Positions 1-12,766 of a DNA stretch of 64,000 bases are shown one piece after another. Each line of letters opens with the position of its first letter. Position 1 is the first letter of the stretch. The notes beneath the pieces are model-generated. The model saw only the letters and a program-made list of their open reading frames with translations. It did no database searches and had not been told where the DNA came from. The translations under genes and the position numbers were made by a program. The DNA comes from Harriotta raleighana (Eukaryota), in contig JBNZDD010013725.1 of assembly GCA_050575255.1 (NCBI GenBank), positions 11,007,761 to 11,071,760 of the forward strand. Reading direction: 5' to 3'.

Positions 1-59
1 CTCTCCGTTTCCTCCCCTCCATCCCCCCACCCCCTGCTCCCTCCCTCCCTCTCTGGCCA

Positions 60-298
60 CTACCTGCAGCAGTATTTATTATGTACACAGTACTTACCTT
101 CCCAACGACAGGCACTCATCCATCCGAACAAGGTAAAATAAAAACCATGACTTTTAAAAGGACCCGGAACGAGTTTAGACCCGACATTCAATGCATTGCC
201 GGATAACTTCAAGTTAGTCGGATCAGGACTTTTTTTTTGAGATGGTGGTTGAACGGGTTTTCTGATTATTCGAGTCACGGATAAACAAGGTTTTACTG
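60..298 (-). mobile_element. Tc1/mariner (Tigger/pogo-like) MITE, one end
   Basis: Ends ...GGTTTTACTG|TA at 298. The reverse complement CAGTAAAACCTTGTTTATCC...CAGAAAACCCG...CTAAACTCG..CCTTTTAAAAGTC aligns with the left end of the 17080 element. The inner boundary is uncertain. Confidence 0.7.
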
Positions 299-752
299 TA
301 TATCTATTTTTCATACCAGCAATTATATGCTCCAAAGTGGAGACTGCCAATTCAGTACAAATTGTGTAACCAATTTAGTGATGTGGATCCATTCCCACTG
401 AGAACAGTTGGAAGATGTGAATTTATGAAAGCATGACATGAAAAAAGGTCATTCGATCAATAAGCCGCTGTCCTCTTTATACTCATCACTGGTCTCATTC
501 GATCACCAAACAAGTCCCAAGGTAATGGACATTCAGGGATTTGGACCCGAGCTGGGGGTTGGGATTAGTAGGGGTGGAGGGCAGAGAGGCCAAAGCGGGC
601 AGGAGGATAGGTGACCAAAGACACTGTCAACATACATGAAGTCAAGGATAATATTAATTCTGTTGATTCAGACTACAAATTCCAGTTGCAAATTGTATTG
701 GAATAAATGACTCTGATTGCTATTGGTGAATTTTGAATTAATGTCAAATATT

Positions 753-1330
753 AATAATAATAAGAATCCTTGCATTTGATATAGTTTTTACGTCTTCAGG
801 ACNNNNNNNNNNNNNNNNNNNNNNNNNNNNNNNNNNNNNNNNNNNNNNNNNNNNNNNNNNNNNNNNNNNNNNNNNNNNNNNNNNNNNNNNNNNNNNNNNN
901 NNNNNNNNNNNNNNNNNNNNNNNNNNNNNNNNNNNNNNNNNNNNNNNNNNNNNNNNNNNNNNNNNNNNNNNNNNNNNNNNNNNNNNNNNNNNNNNNNNNN
1001 NNNNNNNNNNNNNNNNNNNNNNNNNNNNNNNNNNNNNNNNNNNNNNNNNNNNNNNNNNNNNNNNNNNNNNNNNNNNNNNNNNNNNNNNNNNNNNNNNNNN
1101 NNNNNNNNNNNNNNNNNNNNNNNNNNNNNNNNNNNNNNNNNNNNNNTGTGGGCGAAACGCGGTAGCCAATTGCAAGCAGCAATGTCGCACAAACGCTCAC
1201 AGATTGAGCGACCAAATTATTGTTTTGTTTTTTGGAAAGGATTACTACTCCTGAAAAAGCAATCCTCCAATCAACTAACAACTGGGTTCCTACTTACTGC
1301 AAGGTAAATAGAGGTGTGTGGAGTAAGGAC
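753..1330 (-). mobile_element. tRNA/Deu-core SINE (SINE2-1_CM-like), long form, spanning an assembly gap
   Basis: Tail AATAATAAGAATCCTTGCATTTGATATAG and core TGTGGGCGAAACGCGGTAGCCAATTGC. The N run is at 803-1146. Confidence 0.8.
803..1146. other. assembly gap
   Basis: Run of N. A second gap lies at 1405-1437. Confidence 1.
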
Positions 1331-1570
1331 TACTTTAACTTCTGACAGTCAATAGGAAAGATATTGTCTTGAAGAAAAGCTTTAATAATAATAATAATAA
1401 TAATNNNNNNNNNNNNNNNNNNNNNNNNNNNNNNNNNTCTCTCTCACTCCATTATGCTTTCCCCATCTCTCTCTCTCTTACTCCATTATGCTTTCCCCTA
1501 TCTCTCTTTCTCCCTTTCCCCATATCTCATTCCCCCACTCTCTCTTTCTCTCCATCCCCCCCCTCTCTNT

Positions 1571-1626
1571 CATGCTTGTAAGGCATGTAAGGCGAGTGCT
1601 CTAACCACTGAGCCACAGGAGCTCCA
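1571..1626 (-). mobile_element. SINE tRNA-like head, 9-nt-duplication variant
   Basis: The reverse complement TGGAGCTCCTGTGGCTCAGTGGTTAGAGCACTCGCCTTACATGCCTTACAAGCATG is identical to 27642-27697. Confidence 0.85.
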
Positions 1627-2268
1627 CAAACTTTAGAGAAGCCAGGAGAATACAGCAATCACCAGGCTGACAGTGAAGGATCTTGAGGATTTCATTATTT
1701 CAAACTTTTTGATTGATGCACAGACATGGTCCTATTGTCAAACACAGTTTATTAAAACCTTCAAACGAATCACTGCCTCCTCCTCTTTTCTGTTATGGAC
1801 TCGGATATAAAGGAACGCTGGTCTATCAAGATGAAATTGTTCTCACAGAATAGCTATGTGTGTGGGAGTTCTTTTATGTTATGTGATCTTATGTTTTTTT
1901 TAATTTTATCTCTTAAAGCACTCACCCCACACCAGTTATACTAATGCAACAGGGTAATAGTTCAGTGGGCACCTGTGTATTAAATTCTGATCCCCTGCAG
2001 TTTTCATCNGCACCTGTGTATTAAATTCTGATCCCCTGCAGTTTTGTTATGTGTTAGCTGGCTAACCTCATGAGGCGCTTTACATGCAATATTTACTCAC
2101 TGCTGTTGCTTATTGTTGAATAAAAATTGTATACATACTGGTTCCTTAGTTGGCTCATTTGATAAGGTGACTGTCACTGTGATGCAAAGTGAGAAAGACC
2201 AGGGAGACCTCTGGTTCATACCTAACATATGCTGAATTTGCACTTGATAAATGTGATTTTGTTGTTGT

Positions 2269-2495
2269 AGAGGACATGGATTTAGAGTGGTAAAGGGTAA
2301 TTTCAAGACAAATATCAGGAAGTTTTTCTTTACTTGGAGAGTAATCCACAACTGGAATAGGTTGTCAGGAAGATAAAGTACAGGATACTGGACTCATTTA
2401 AAAAGCAGCTTGTTGCAGTATGAGTGTTCTGGGGGTTGATGAGATCAGATGGGGTGAAGGGAACTTCATCCAGACCAATTTTGTGACTTTGTGAT
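2269..2495 (+). mobile_element. old CR1 LINE 3' fragment
   Basis: RGHGFRVVKGNFKTNIRKFFFT-like ORF2 end, then a 3' UTR GATGAGATCAGATGGGG..CTTCATCCAGACCA shared with the 7230, 8460 and 30630 copies. Confidence 0.7.
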
Positions 2496-2906
2496 AAAAA
2501 GCCTTAACACGCCGTGAACATGTTTCTTCATGTTGTATACTTTAAAGTGATTTGACAGTGTGTATTTTGTAGGCAAACAATTGTCTTCAAGGCCTCTCAT
2601 AGGGAGGGGAACAGTGGGGCGGATAATCAATCAGGTGTCCCATTAGATATTTTAAATGGTGTAATTTTCAAGGTCAATGCAATAGGACTGAATTGATTGT
2701 TGTTTCAAAGAACCGGCAAAGTCACAGTGGGCCAAATGTGCTTCTGTGCTGTAAATTTCTATGGTTCTCTTCCTGAGAAGGGCATCCCAGAAACTTGCTG
2801 GAGGAGGAATCAACAAGATACTGGAGAAAGTCTGCTGGTGGTTAGGGAATAAAGTCATAAATGGGACTTCCCGAGAAGAACTATGCTTTTCCAATCTTGT
2901 TCTGTA

Positions 2907-3013
2907 TCGCCCACAAATATACAGTCAATTTAGTTTACAGTATATTCTGTGAAGTGCTCTAAGACGTTGATAAGATGTGAAAAGCACTGTATCAAAATGC
3001 AAGGATTATTATT
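2907..3013 (+). mobile_element. SINE 3' half
   Basis: CCCACAAATATACAGTCAAT...GTGAAAAGCACTGTATCAAAATGCAAGGATTATTATT. Confidence 0.8.
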
Positions 3014-3979
3014 CTTATATCATGCTTTATCTGTTGTTCACTGTACTCGACAATGTACTACAGAACTCCAGATATTACAGACCATGGAAAAATTTGTGAC
3101 AGAAATACGGCCAATCATATACTGAACCTCCATACTTCTAGAGTTAGAGATATACCCATCTGTACTTTATTTGAGTCAATTTGATATTTTTAGAATTCCT
3201 TGATTGAGATCCACAGGTTGGAAAACAGAGCAAAAATTGCACTACAGCTGATTTGCATTACACCCAACCTCCAAATGCTTGATAATTTCACAGATGTTTC
3301 CCAGTGTTAACAGTCCTTGCCCTAATCAGAATACATTAAAGAAAACTGAAAGAATTGCACTTTGCAAACATAGTCAATAAATCTTTCGATCGATTAGGTT
3401 TTAACTCAAATTTACAGACCATCTCTCCTAGCTATGTCTTGTCCTGGGAGCTCCCCAAAGAACACCAGCAGATGCCACTTTGTTTTACAACAGCAGGCAT
3501 TCCCTGCAATACAAATCAGTTACTTACGATTGACTTTGCAGTGAGCCACCTGCAGGTAGGATACAAAGAGTCAGTGGAGATGTGGCTCTGCATCACTCAA
3601 GTGCTCTACTGGCTGATAGATTAGGAGGTGGAATTGATGGCATCTGGGGTTTGTCCAAGAGTTGGGCAAATCTGGTTATTGGCAAGAAAAACATAATTCA
3701 AGAGAAGAAAATTAATGAATTTCATAATTAATTACTGCTGGACACTATTGCGTTGCCCCTATTTGCATAGAGGTACATTATCAGGAAATGACATTTTTGC
3801 CAAGTGTATTCAATCTCATATTAATAATTAACTAGTTTTTGAATGTGAAGGCAATGGCTGGATAATTCAGTAAATCATTCAATATAAATCCTAATAAATA
3901 GAGAGGAAGATGGTGATCTGTATTGCAGCGAAGCTGTGTTCATACTGAAACCAGGGTCATTTTCAGAGCTTTGCATAGA

Positions 3980-4217
3980 AATAATAATCATAATCCTCAT
4001 ATTTCATATAGCACTTTTCACATCTTTTAGATGTCTCAAAGTGCCTCACAGAATATAAATCGTGGATTGAAATGACCAATTTATTATTGTTTTTTTTGAG
4101 GGATTATTATTAGACGTGTGGAGTAAGACACTTGCCCAAGGTTTCCCCCTACCGGGAATCAAACTCAGATCTCTTCCTTGTAAATCGAGTGCTCTAACCA
4201 CTGAGCTACAGGACTCC
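3980..4217 (-). mobile_element. tRNA/Deu SINE, short form with internal deletion
   Basis: Head GGAGTCCTGTAGCTCAGTGGTTAGAGCACTCG and (ATT)n tail, both on the minus strand. Confidence 0.85.
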
Positions 4218-4222
4218 TTACT

Positions 4223-4600
4223 AATAATAATAATCCCTGCATTTGATGTAGCCACTTTGATGTGAGGAGGATGTCTCAAAACCCTTCATAGGATTTACTG
4301 TCAAGTGTAGTTACTCTCACACAGCTATGTCCCACAAATAGCCATGAAGTGAATGGTCAATTTTATTTGGGGGACAAGATACCAGGAGAAACTCCCTTTT
4401 TTTCCCCCCAAATTGTGCCACGAGATCTTCAACGTTCTCCTGAACAGGCAAATGGGGCCTTGGTTTAACATTTCATCTGAAAGAAAGGAACCTCCAACAA
4501 TGAAGCATTCTCCCAGTACTTTAGCAGAGTGTCAGACCAGGCTTATTTCAAGTGCTGTACTTGAACCCAAAACTCCCTGACTCAGAAGCAAGAGTGTTTC
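4223..4600 (-). mobile_element. older SacSINE1-like DeuSINE
   Basis: Minus strand reads ACTCTTGCTTCTGAGTCAGGGAGTTTTGGGTTCAAG...GATGAAATGTTAAACCAAGGCCCC..CTGTTCAGG, followed by an L2-like tail. Confidence 0.7.
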
Positions 4601-4699
4601 CGTGAAAGCCTTTCGATATCATATGTAACGATTATTTTTATAAATGCTTTGCTGTGCTTCCGAGGCTAAAAAAGTTAGCCGAAAACTAAAAAAAACAGT

Positions 4700-4900
4700 T
4701 TCTGCTTGCCATCTCTCCCTTAGGGAGACAGACTCCACATTGTCTATGCCAAGAGAATACAGGTGCAAGCTGGCAGAAACCTGAAGCTACCCCTAGGTTT
4801 ACATTGAGGAACTGCTGGAACTCAGCTAAAACAAGCAGCACCCTTCGTACTGCTGTCCAGCTGGGATCATGGGTAATGGCTTTACAGGATTTATCATGAG
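4700..4900 (-). repeat. partial copy of unclassified dispersed repeat (family of 9005, 20875, 22034, 42520)
   Basis: The reverse complement CCCAGCTGGACAGCAG..TTTTAGCTGAG..CAATGTAAACCTAGG..GCTTGCACCTGTATTCTCTTG aligns by eye with 42528-42690. Confidence 0.45.
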
Positions 4901-7229
4901 CCCATTGTTCCCAGTGACATATCTGAATGTGCACTAAAGCCAGGAAGCAATATTATAACAACAGTAATGAACACCTGCCCTGGCACTAAGCTCACTACAG
5001 AGTGTCAACTCCCTTCTATTCCTTCTTGAGAACTTCCCTGCGAACCAGCTCCACCCCAGAGGAAAGCTGCTTACTGTCCCCAAGGTGATGGCACAAATTG
5101 GTATACAGTAATTGTTACAGGTGTCACTAGGTACGTACCAGAATCTCCCTCTGTTGCTGCCCATAAACTATAGGAATGTCTCACTTGATAGTGAAGCTCG
5201 GGGTCACCTGAGGTTATGGCAGCACCAAACACTCAACATACATACGCAAAACAATTACACCAGAAAAGGTCAGAAGATGGCAATAGCAAACAAAGAAAGA
5301 CCATACGTATCCAGGTGTAAACTGACCTGTCATCCTTACCCGAATCAGCTGCAGAAACCTACATACCTGGAGCCCCACCCAGCGAGTGCTCTCAGGTTCT
5401 GCGTCCGGCTAGGAGTCCCTGCAGCTGCTGTGGTAAGATGATCTGTGCTTTATTTGAGTCAATTTGATATTTTGTGAATGGATCCCAAGGTCTGCCCTCT
5501 TGAACAATGGTGGCAATGTAAGCAGTGATACTTTATCAGCACCTCACAGAGCATAGCAACCAAAATAAGACATCCACACCAACTGCCTCTATTATTTCTC
5601 AGGATCGCCCTCTAATAGGACCACTTTAAATTCAGATTGCAGGCTGCATTTTCTGAAGTACACCTATGTGGGGGCGTTGGAGATGGTTTTTCATGCTATG
5701 TAGCTCAGAAGGATTTTGGCAACTCATAAAGAACTTTGCTCTCTGTTCTCCCACTGACAACTTTAGCCAAGCTACATTAATGTAACTGGAAGGGAATGAT
5801 GGATTTCTCTTAAGAAAATTTTGCTTGATGCCGGATGACTGAACACCCCAAATCTAAAACATTTGCAGCTTTACCGTGACATAAAAACGAGATACTATAT
5901 CTATAAACAGCATCAAACACAGAGTGACTAACAGCAGGGAAACGTATAGTTAGCTTTACTAAAATGATACAGGCTGCAACTTCATCTAAACAAATTGGTT
6001 TCATGTGGCAATTTATTTTTCATAATGATCCATATTTCCCCACTCTACATGACTGACAAATGAAACTCTGTAATATTGCTCAATTAACAACTTTCTCCGT
6101 GATTTTTCTCAGTGTGATCTTGTTTGACTTTGCACTTTAGTTGAAAGACAAACGATCTGAGTCAGTACGCAGTCAACCTTTTCCCCTTCCTGGTGCAAAG
6201 AAGACTGAGGCCACTTGACTGAGATCTGCTGAGCTTAGAATAGGTTTGTTCTCCCTTTCTGTTGTTTAGAGGATTCTTGTACATGCACCATGCATGGGTC
6301 TCAACCTGTTGTCACAAGAATTATTGACTATTATATATTGAGAGCTCCAGGTGGATTACAACTGCACCTGTTTGCCTTTATATAGCGTCTTTCACATAGG
6401 GAGGATGTCTCAAAATGCTGAATGGAAATCCAAACTGGGAGGGAGACTGGTAGGGTTTGGACGAATTAGTTTTAACAAGCTCTTATCACCATCAAAATAG
6501 GATTGCAGCAAAAATGTATCAATTTGACATGACAACTGTATACACAAGATGTTTCAAAGAATACCCTAATACCAACACACATACACATACACACACAGCA
6601 CCACCACACAAACTCAAGTTAACCTTTGGGATAGTGTGGTCGCTGCAGGGCAACCCATATAATGATTGAAATGTAAGTTCTGACTTTTCCCCTCACTCAC
6701 TGCGATAGTGAATTCATCTCGTATTCTTGAGTGTTGTTTGGCAATTTTCGTAAAGCATAAATAAGAAACCACATGGAAGAGTCACCGCTAACGTGATTCT
6801 ATTAGTCGTTTTTCAGTCGTATCGCTGTAAAAGTAGTCTCTGTGAAACAGACCGAATCCAGATCTTGCCTGTGCCCTCTCCTGCTGAATTGGCCAACAAA
6901 TACCAACCCCTCCACCCCCCAAATTTTGTTTTGTTATTCACTGAATGATTTCTGTGGGACAATGATGCATGCAAGTTGACTGCCCTGTTTCCCCCACAAA
7001 ATAGTCACTGCAATTTTAAGTCCATTCTGTTAAGCGCTTTGAGATGTCCTCCAAATGTAAAAAGCACTAATCATGTGTAAGGATTATTATTATTACGCCG
7101 TAAAGTCCGGCCTACAACTCCTCACTCTTCCTGTTCCAGTCTCCAAGTCAAGTTTAAATCTGTTTGATAATGGTGGGGGATGTGGAGAAATCTTTAAAAA
7201 ATCTTTGAAAAATTAACTCTTGAGAGAAG

Positions 7230-7570
7230 TTGACTCAGAGGGGACCGCAAAGAGGTTTATAACATTTTAAATGGGATTGAAAAAATAAACCCAGATTAAC
7301 ACTTCAGGATGTATCAAGACAGTGGAAAAGTGGACATAGGTTTAATGTTTCAAGGGCAATTTCAGGACAGATACCAAAAAATATTTGTTTGCTCAGAGGA
7401 TAATCAATGACTGGAACAGGTTGCCAGGAAGCATGGTAGAGGGAAGGTCACTGGACTCATTAAAAAGCTGCTTGATGCAATGATGGGGATGGTAGGGTGG
7501 GTATTCTGGATGGATGAGATTGGATGGGCCAAAGGGCCTTCTTCATCCAGACCAACCTTATGACATTTTG
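7230..7570 (+). mobile_element. old CR1 LINE 3' fragment
   Basis: RGDRKEVYNILNGIEKINPD-like ORF2 end, plus 3' UTR GGATGGGCCAAAGGGCCTTCTTCATCCAGACC. Confidence 0.75.
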
Positions 7571-8459
7571 GCATTATAAGCCAGCAAACTCTTTTCTGTT
7601 GGTTAACAGTGCCATTGTTTCCTTCCCAATCTGCACTCATTCTTTTGATGGAGAAATGTTTTAATTTGTTTTCTATCCTTTAAGTACTCACTTGTTGTTC
7701 CAAGTTGTGGCTGAGAATGGGAAAGAGCATTTGGGGAAATCACAGACAGCGCACATATATATTGTCCCATTGCAGAATACAAACCCAATGGCAGAATGAA
7801 AAACATTCTGTCAGAAAATCCATCCATTCTTGGGAGGAATGAACCACATTCGGTGTTTCAAACGTACTCAACTGAAATTATTGCCAGTTTTAAAGTCAAG
7901 GCCTTACCATCGGGACCACTTTAAAATCAAGCTCTTCCAAGCTAGTTTCAACATTGCTTAATTTGCTAATGCATTTGAGGGCTCTGGTGTCCCAGTATAG
8001 TCGAGTTACTGAGCCTGACAGTGTGAGAGACTGCAATTGAGATAACTCATTAAGTGAATCATTAACTCAGGTACTTCAGCTTCAGCAGTGCACATTGATG
8101 GACTAAGTAACTTCTCCAAAGTAATAGCCCCAGTGGTGTCATCAGCGCTCACTGTTCAGACAGAAATATTCACAATAAACAGATTAAAGTTAATGATAAT
8201 TCTTTGTAGTTTGTTTTAATAAAGGGTTCCTGATAGGGAGATTAATGAGAGAAAATATATTGCATTTAATGACTGGAGGGAAAGTCCAGTGTAGCTGGGA
8301 TAAGTCACCATACCTAACTCATTGGGTGTCAGTTACTGGACTGTATTGCAGCAAGTACAAAGCCACAAATGATCATGGAGTGCATGCATGTGATTTACCA
8401 TAAGTTTACCATTAGATCACAAGAGATTGCAAGAGAGGAACAGATGAAGAAAGCGCAGT

Positions 8460-8745
8460 GGACTGTTTGATTTAATTATAGAGTTCTACAAGAGTATAAA
8501 TTGGATTGAAAATGTCAACCTAGAATAGAACTTTAAGATATGTCGATATAGGAATCCAAGAGGATCCAGATTCTGAGATTAGAGACACACCAGACGATTT
8601 TCTTCACACAAAAGGCCAGAGCGGTTGAGGTCAGGTTGCTTGACTCATTTAAGAAACTGCTTCATGCACTAATAGTAAGACAGTAAAGGTGGTATTCTGG
8701 AGCAATTCGATTGGCCAAAGGGCATCCAAACGTCTTGTGATTCTT
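8460..8745 (+). mobile_element. old CR1 LINE 3' fragment
   Basis: GATTTAATTATAGAGTTCTACAAG...TTTCTTCACACAAA...GACTCATTTAAGAAAC, the same family as 7230. Confidence 0.6.
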
Positions 8746-9004
8746 CTACCCCATTACAGTACAATCTTCCGTTATAAGCTATCAGCCTATTTGTAAAATG
8801 AGTCTAGCACCCTTCTTAGCAATAATAATCCTTGCATCTGATATTATCACATCATCAAGTTGTCTCAAAGGCTTCCCCAAATTTACTTTAAAATGGTGCC
8901 ACTGTTTCTATTCGGAATCCTGTAAATCAGTGGTTAGAACATTTGCCTGGAAAGCGAGGGAGCTGGGTTCAATTCCCAGCAGGGCAAAACTTTGGGCAAT
9001 CCTG

Positions 9005-9295
9005 CATGCCAAAGCAGAAATCTTGCTTAACCAACTGGTTTTAGCTGGTTAAACTACAGCAGTATCTCAAAGCAGACACTGGGGTCCCCAAGCCTCGACT
9101 CTGTCCACCCTGTGGAATTAGTTTCTAGAATTAGGTTAGAAGGGTGCATCCATCAGGGAGCAAGTGTATATTCTATGGAAATTTCATTATGTAGGTATAC
9201 TGTAATTACTTATAGCTCTGTTTAGTTTGGATACTCTAAAGCTAGTGATGGGTTTCTGCATGTGTCAGATGCCAGGCTGACCAAAAAGAAAATTG
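9005..9295 (+). repeat. unclassified dispersed repeat, copy 1
   Basis: Core TTTGGATACTCTAAAGC..GATGGG..GCATGTGTCAGA..GCTGACCAAAAA recurs at about 21055, 22245 and 42790. Confidence 0.7.
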
Positions 9296-11264
9296 TGACA
9301 AAATATTCCAGTTATTGATTGCCCTCTGTGCAAAAAGTTACCCTGCAGTATTTGTCCTAAATTTATTCTTCCCAACCCTCAGCTTGTGCTCCTTTGATCT
9401 GCTGTCTTAATGAATCTGAACATATTGTACCGAGTTTACTTTCTCTACATCATTTTGCATCCACGTGAACGGCTAAAAGTCACGTTTTCGCAAATTTTCA
9501 AGTTTGTCGTAAAGCTTCTCTCAGGGGAAGGAAATTGACAAAAACACTGAATAACCTTCAAAAGACAAAGTAATTTTCTTGCAACACACAAGCATTTAGC
9601 TTTGACATCAAGTTCAGTGTCCCATGAAACGCATACATTCCTTCTCTTGTTCACTGAAGTGATAGTTCCAGTCATGCTCTGATGATGGTTTGGTGGACGA
9701 GCCAGCCTCTTTAGTGTGGTTAAACTGGTAACAAGTGTGACTGCTGTTTTCTTTCTCTCTCTCTCCTGAAAGTGCTGCATTCTTGGAGCCAGTTATCTGT
9801 CAAACAGCAACTCCGAAGCGTTTTGAAGTTTGTTCCTGGGAGGTGCAACATGCCTCAGCTAGCAGATAAAATAAGATATTTTACAATTCATGCAAAAGGA
9901 ATCTTGAATTTTAGAGAGAGAGAGACAAAGTAATGTGGGAGAGAATGTGAGGGACGATACTAAAATATTTTCAGGATCAGGAGCTCGCAAACACCTCCTT
10001 ATTGTTGAGCAACTGTTTTCGGATACAGGCCAGAGAGTTTGGCAGGAGTCCCAGAATCCTCAGCATGTGGTATTGCTGAATGCTGGAGTGTTAACACCTG
10101 CCAACTGGTAGTTAGGTGCAAATGTCTCTATTAAACAAACACTGCTGGTGGCAGTAATTGGAGCACGAAAGCAGATCTATTGCTTGTACACTAATTTTTT
10201 TAAATTTAATATCATCACTTGACTTAATCTGTCCCACGTCTCACATAAGCTGTTCCCCTCCCCCTTCCCTCCGTAACACAGTTTCTAAAATCATTGCCGT
10301 TACTATGCACTTTACAAGTGAATGTTTCTGTCAACGTTACTCTAACATGTGAGGATTGAAGGCCACCAGAGAGCGAACGAATGGCCAAATGTAGCTGACA
10401 GATTAACCTGCAAGCATTGCCCCATCTAGAATACAGGAATACATCCAAAAATACAGGATTATGAAGAACTTTTTTTAATCAAAGAATGATAAATGGTTAT
10501 TTTGTTTTGTCCAACCAGGTTTCTGACACGGAGAAATCCATTGCCATGCTGAGAGTTCCATGCATGCCATCCTTGGTAATGCCAGCCTTGAAACTTCCTT
10601 CCAATGTACAAGAATTATTGCAGTTGTAGCTTTTGTGGATCAAATTGATTTACCTTATGTTCTTATTTACTTCAGAATTCGAACCCATAACTCTTTGTCG
10701 GGACAACGCTGTAAGAAATGATTAAAATTTTTGCTATTAAAAGAAAACAACTGCAAATCTAATGGAAAATAGATTCCTTTCAATCCATCCATTCCTTCTG
10801 TTTAATTACTTTGAATGCCTCTTAGCCATTCTGAGCACCATCCTATTTACTGTGCACTCAGTTATTGAGGTTATCTGGATTACCAAAGCACTGAACATCA
10901 GGCCAAAACCAAAATTTAAACTCCTCCAACTTTCCAGATATTTGAACTAGACTCAATTTCTACTTTATTTCAAAATCATAGATATAGACAACCGTGTGTG
11001 TGTGTATCAAGAATGGGAGAAGGCAGATGTGTACATCCACACCTACATTCTATGAATGCCTGAAAGGATTTTCGCTTGAATTATTGATGGACTATTTTCA
11101 ATGATAATTTAATCAATTTCAGCTAGTTCAGCAGCAATCAATGTATGAGGCATGGAAACCACAGGATGGGAGTCCAAATCAATTCCGCAAATTGCATAAC
11201 ACCCAAATAATTCACTTTGCAATTTTCTTCCATATAGAGTTTTGTAGAAAAAAAACAATATTAG

Positions 11265-11480
11265 AGAACCACAGAAATTTACAGCACAGAATAAGGCCAT
11301 TTGACCCATTTTGTATATGCTAATTCTTTAAAAGAACAAACCATTCAGTTCCATATACAGTATCTCACTTTAGCACCGTACACCTACAAATTACTCCTTT
11401 TCAGAAACCTATCTAGTTCCCTCTGGAAAGCTAATATTAGATCCTGCCTCACCACCTCACACAGGAAGCTGTTTCCTGAA
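11265..11480 (-). mobile_element. old CR1 3' end
   Basis: GAACCACAGAAATTTACAGCACAGAATAAGGCCATTTGACCCAT...ATCTAGTTCCCTCTGGAAAG, similar to 40440-40625. Confidence 0.6.
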
Positions 11481-12418
11481 CTCCCTCATTGCATAGACCA
11501 GCAAGAGTTGGGTCTGCAATGAGTTGGAGAACTGGTACTGGAATTGAAGCCCGAAAGGATCATCAAACCTAGACCCTGCGAGGAGGGAATTGGAATAGTC
11601 CAACCAAGAGGTGACAAAGGCATGGAGCCATTATGCCCCAAACCTCTGGAACATTCTCCCTCAAACCCCCGCCTTGCCTCCTTTCTCCTCCTTTACAAAT
11701 CCCACCTGCTAATGGTCTACTCCGCCCATATGGTTTTAGCCTAAATAGGCTAATTTGCCTATAATATGTACAGTCACTAACTTCACAGTAAATCCTGCTA
11801 ACCACTACAAGGCAAAATCAAATGCTATCATTATTAATGATAATTAATAATTGTCTTAAAGTTTAAGAGCATGCAGCAAATTGCAGAAATCTTACTTCTA
11901 GTTTTAATCACTGGTCTTGATAACTACAAAGAAAAAGAAATGATCTTAAGAAGGCATGGAAGAAAACCTGCTTCCAAACTGAAAGTAAATTTAACAATTC
12001 TCCAACAATTCTGCACAAACTTAAATTTGAAGGCAATGAATGATCTCAGACCTAAGACCATGAAAAAATTTGGGCCTTGGATGGTTACAAAGCAGTAATT
12101 CACTTGAAAGCTTCTGATGAGCTCATAAACCGCAAGATCGGTTCCTGAATGTCAACAGAACAGAAGGTTGAATTATGGCTTAGAGTTGGCTGCCAGCTCT
12201 TTGTTATTGTGTGCATAATGATACAATGTTTTAGCTCTCTTACTAAGTGCAGAGATGATTTTTCACATTGTTTTTATGTACATAAGGAGGAGTTTGCACA
12301 GTAGGATGAATTTGGTAATTCAGAAACTAGTTTATCTGGAAAGACGTAGGAAAAATACTCAGAAAAACAACATTGATACTGGTTAGAGATGGAATTTAGT
12401 GCACAATAAAGTGTTGTG

Positions 12419-12766
12419 GAGTCTTGTAGCTTTGTGGTTAGAGCACTCGCCTCACAAGCGAAAGATCTGGGTTCAATTCCAGACTGGGCGAAATGTTGGG
12501 CAAGTTTCCTTACTCCAAACACCTCTGTTTACCCTACAGTAGTGGGAATTTGGTTATTAGTCGATCAGCACATCACCTTTCAGAGTAATGATTCCTTCAA
12601 AAAACAATGAGTCACTTCAATCCACGACTGTTTGTGGAACACTGCTGTGCGCAATTGGCTGCCACATTTTGCCCGCAAAATATGCATTCAATTCAATTTA
12701 CAGTATGTTCCTTTGTGTCACCTTGAAGATGTGATAAGGCACTATATCTAATGCAAGGATTACTAT
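12419..12766 (+). mobile_element. tRNA/Deu SINE, long form, full length
   Basis: A box GTAGCTTTGTGGTTAGAGC, B box GGTTCAATTCC, the CTCTGTTTACC..CAGTA insert, Deu core and AATGCAAGGATTA tail. Confidence 0.85.

Noticed and set aside
744-1281. Long ORFs in the track
   Set aside because: They are open only because they run through the N gap.
1969-2045. 36-bp tandem duplication
   Set aside because: The copies are separated by a single N (2009), typical of an unmerged contig overlap.
7692-7710. 19-nt minus-strand AG/GT-bounded segment with an upstream UGC
   Set aside because: It is not frame-preserving and such motifs are expected by chance.
9445-9900. 111-aa minus-strand ORF in a UTR-like, repeat-free region
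   Set aside because: No recognisable domain, no convincing splice donor and no CpG island. It may be regulatory but cannot be supported.
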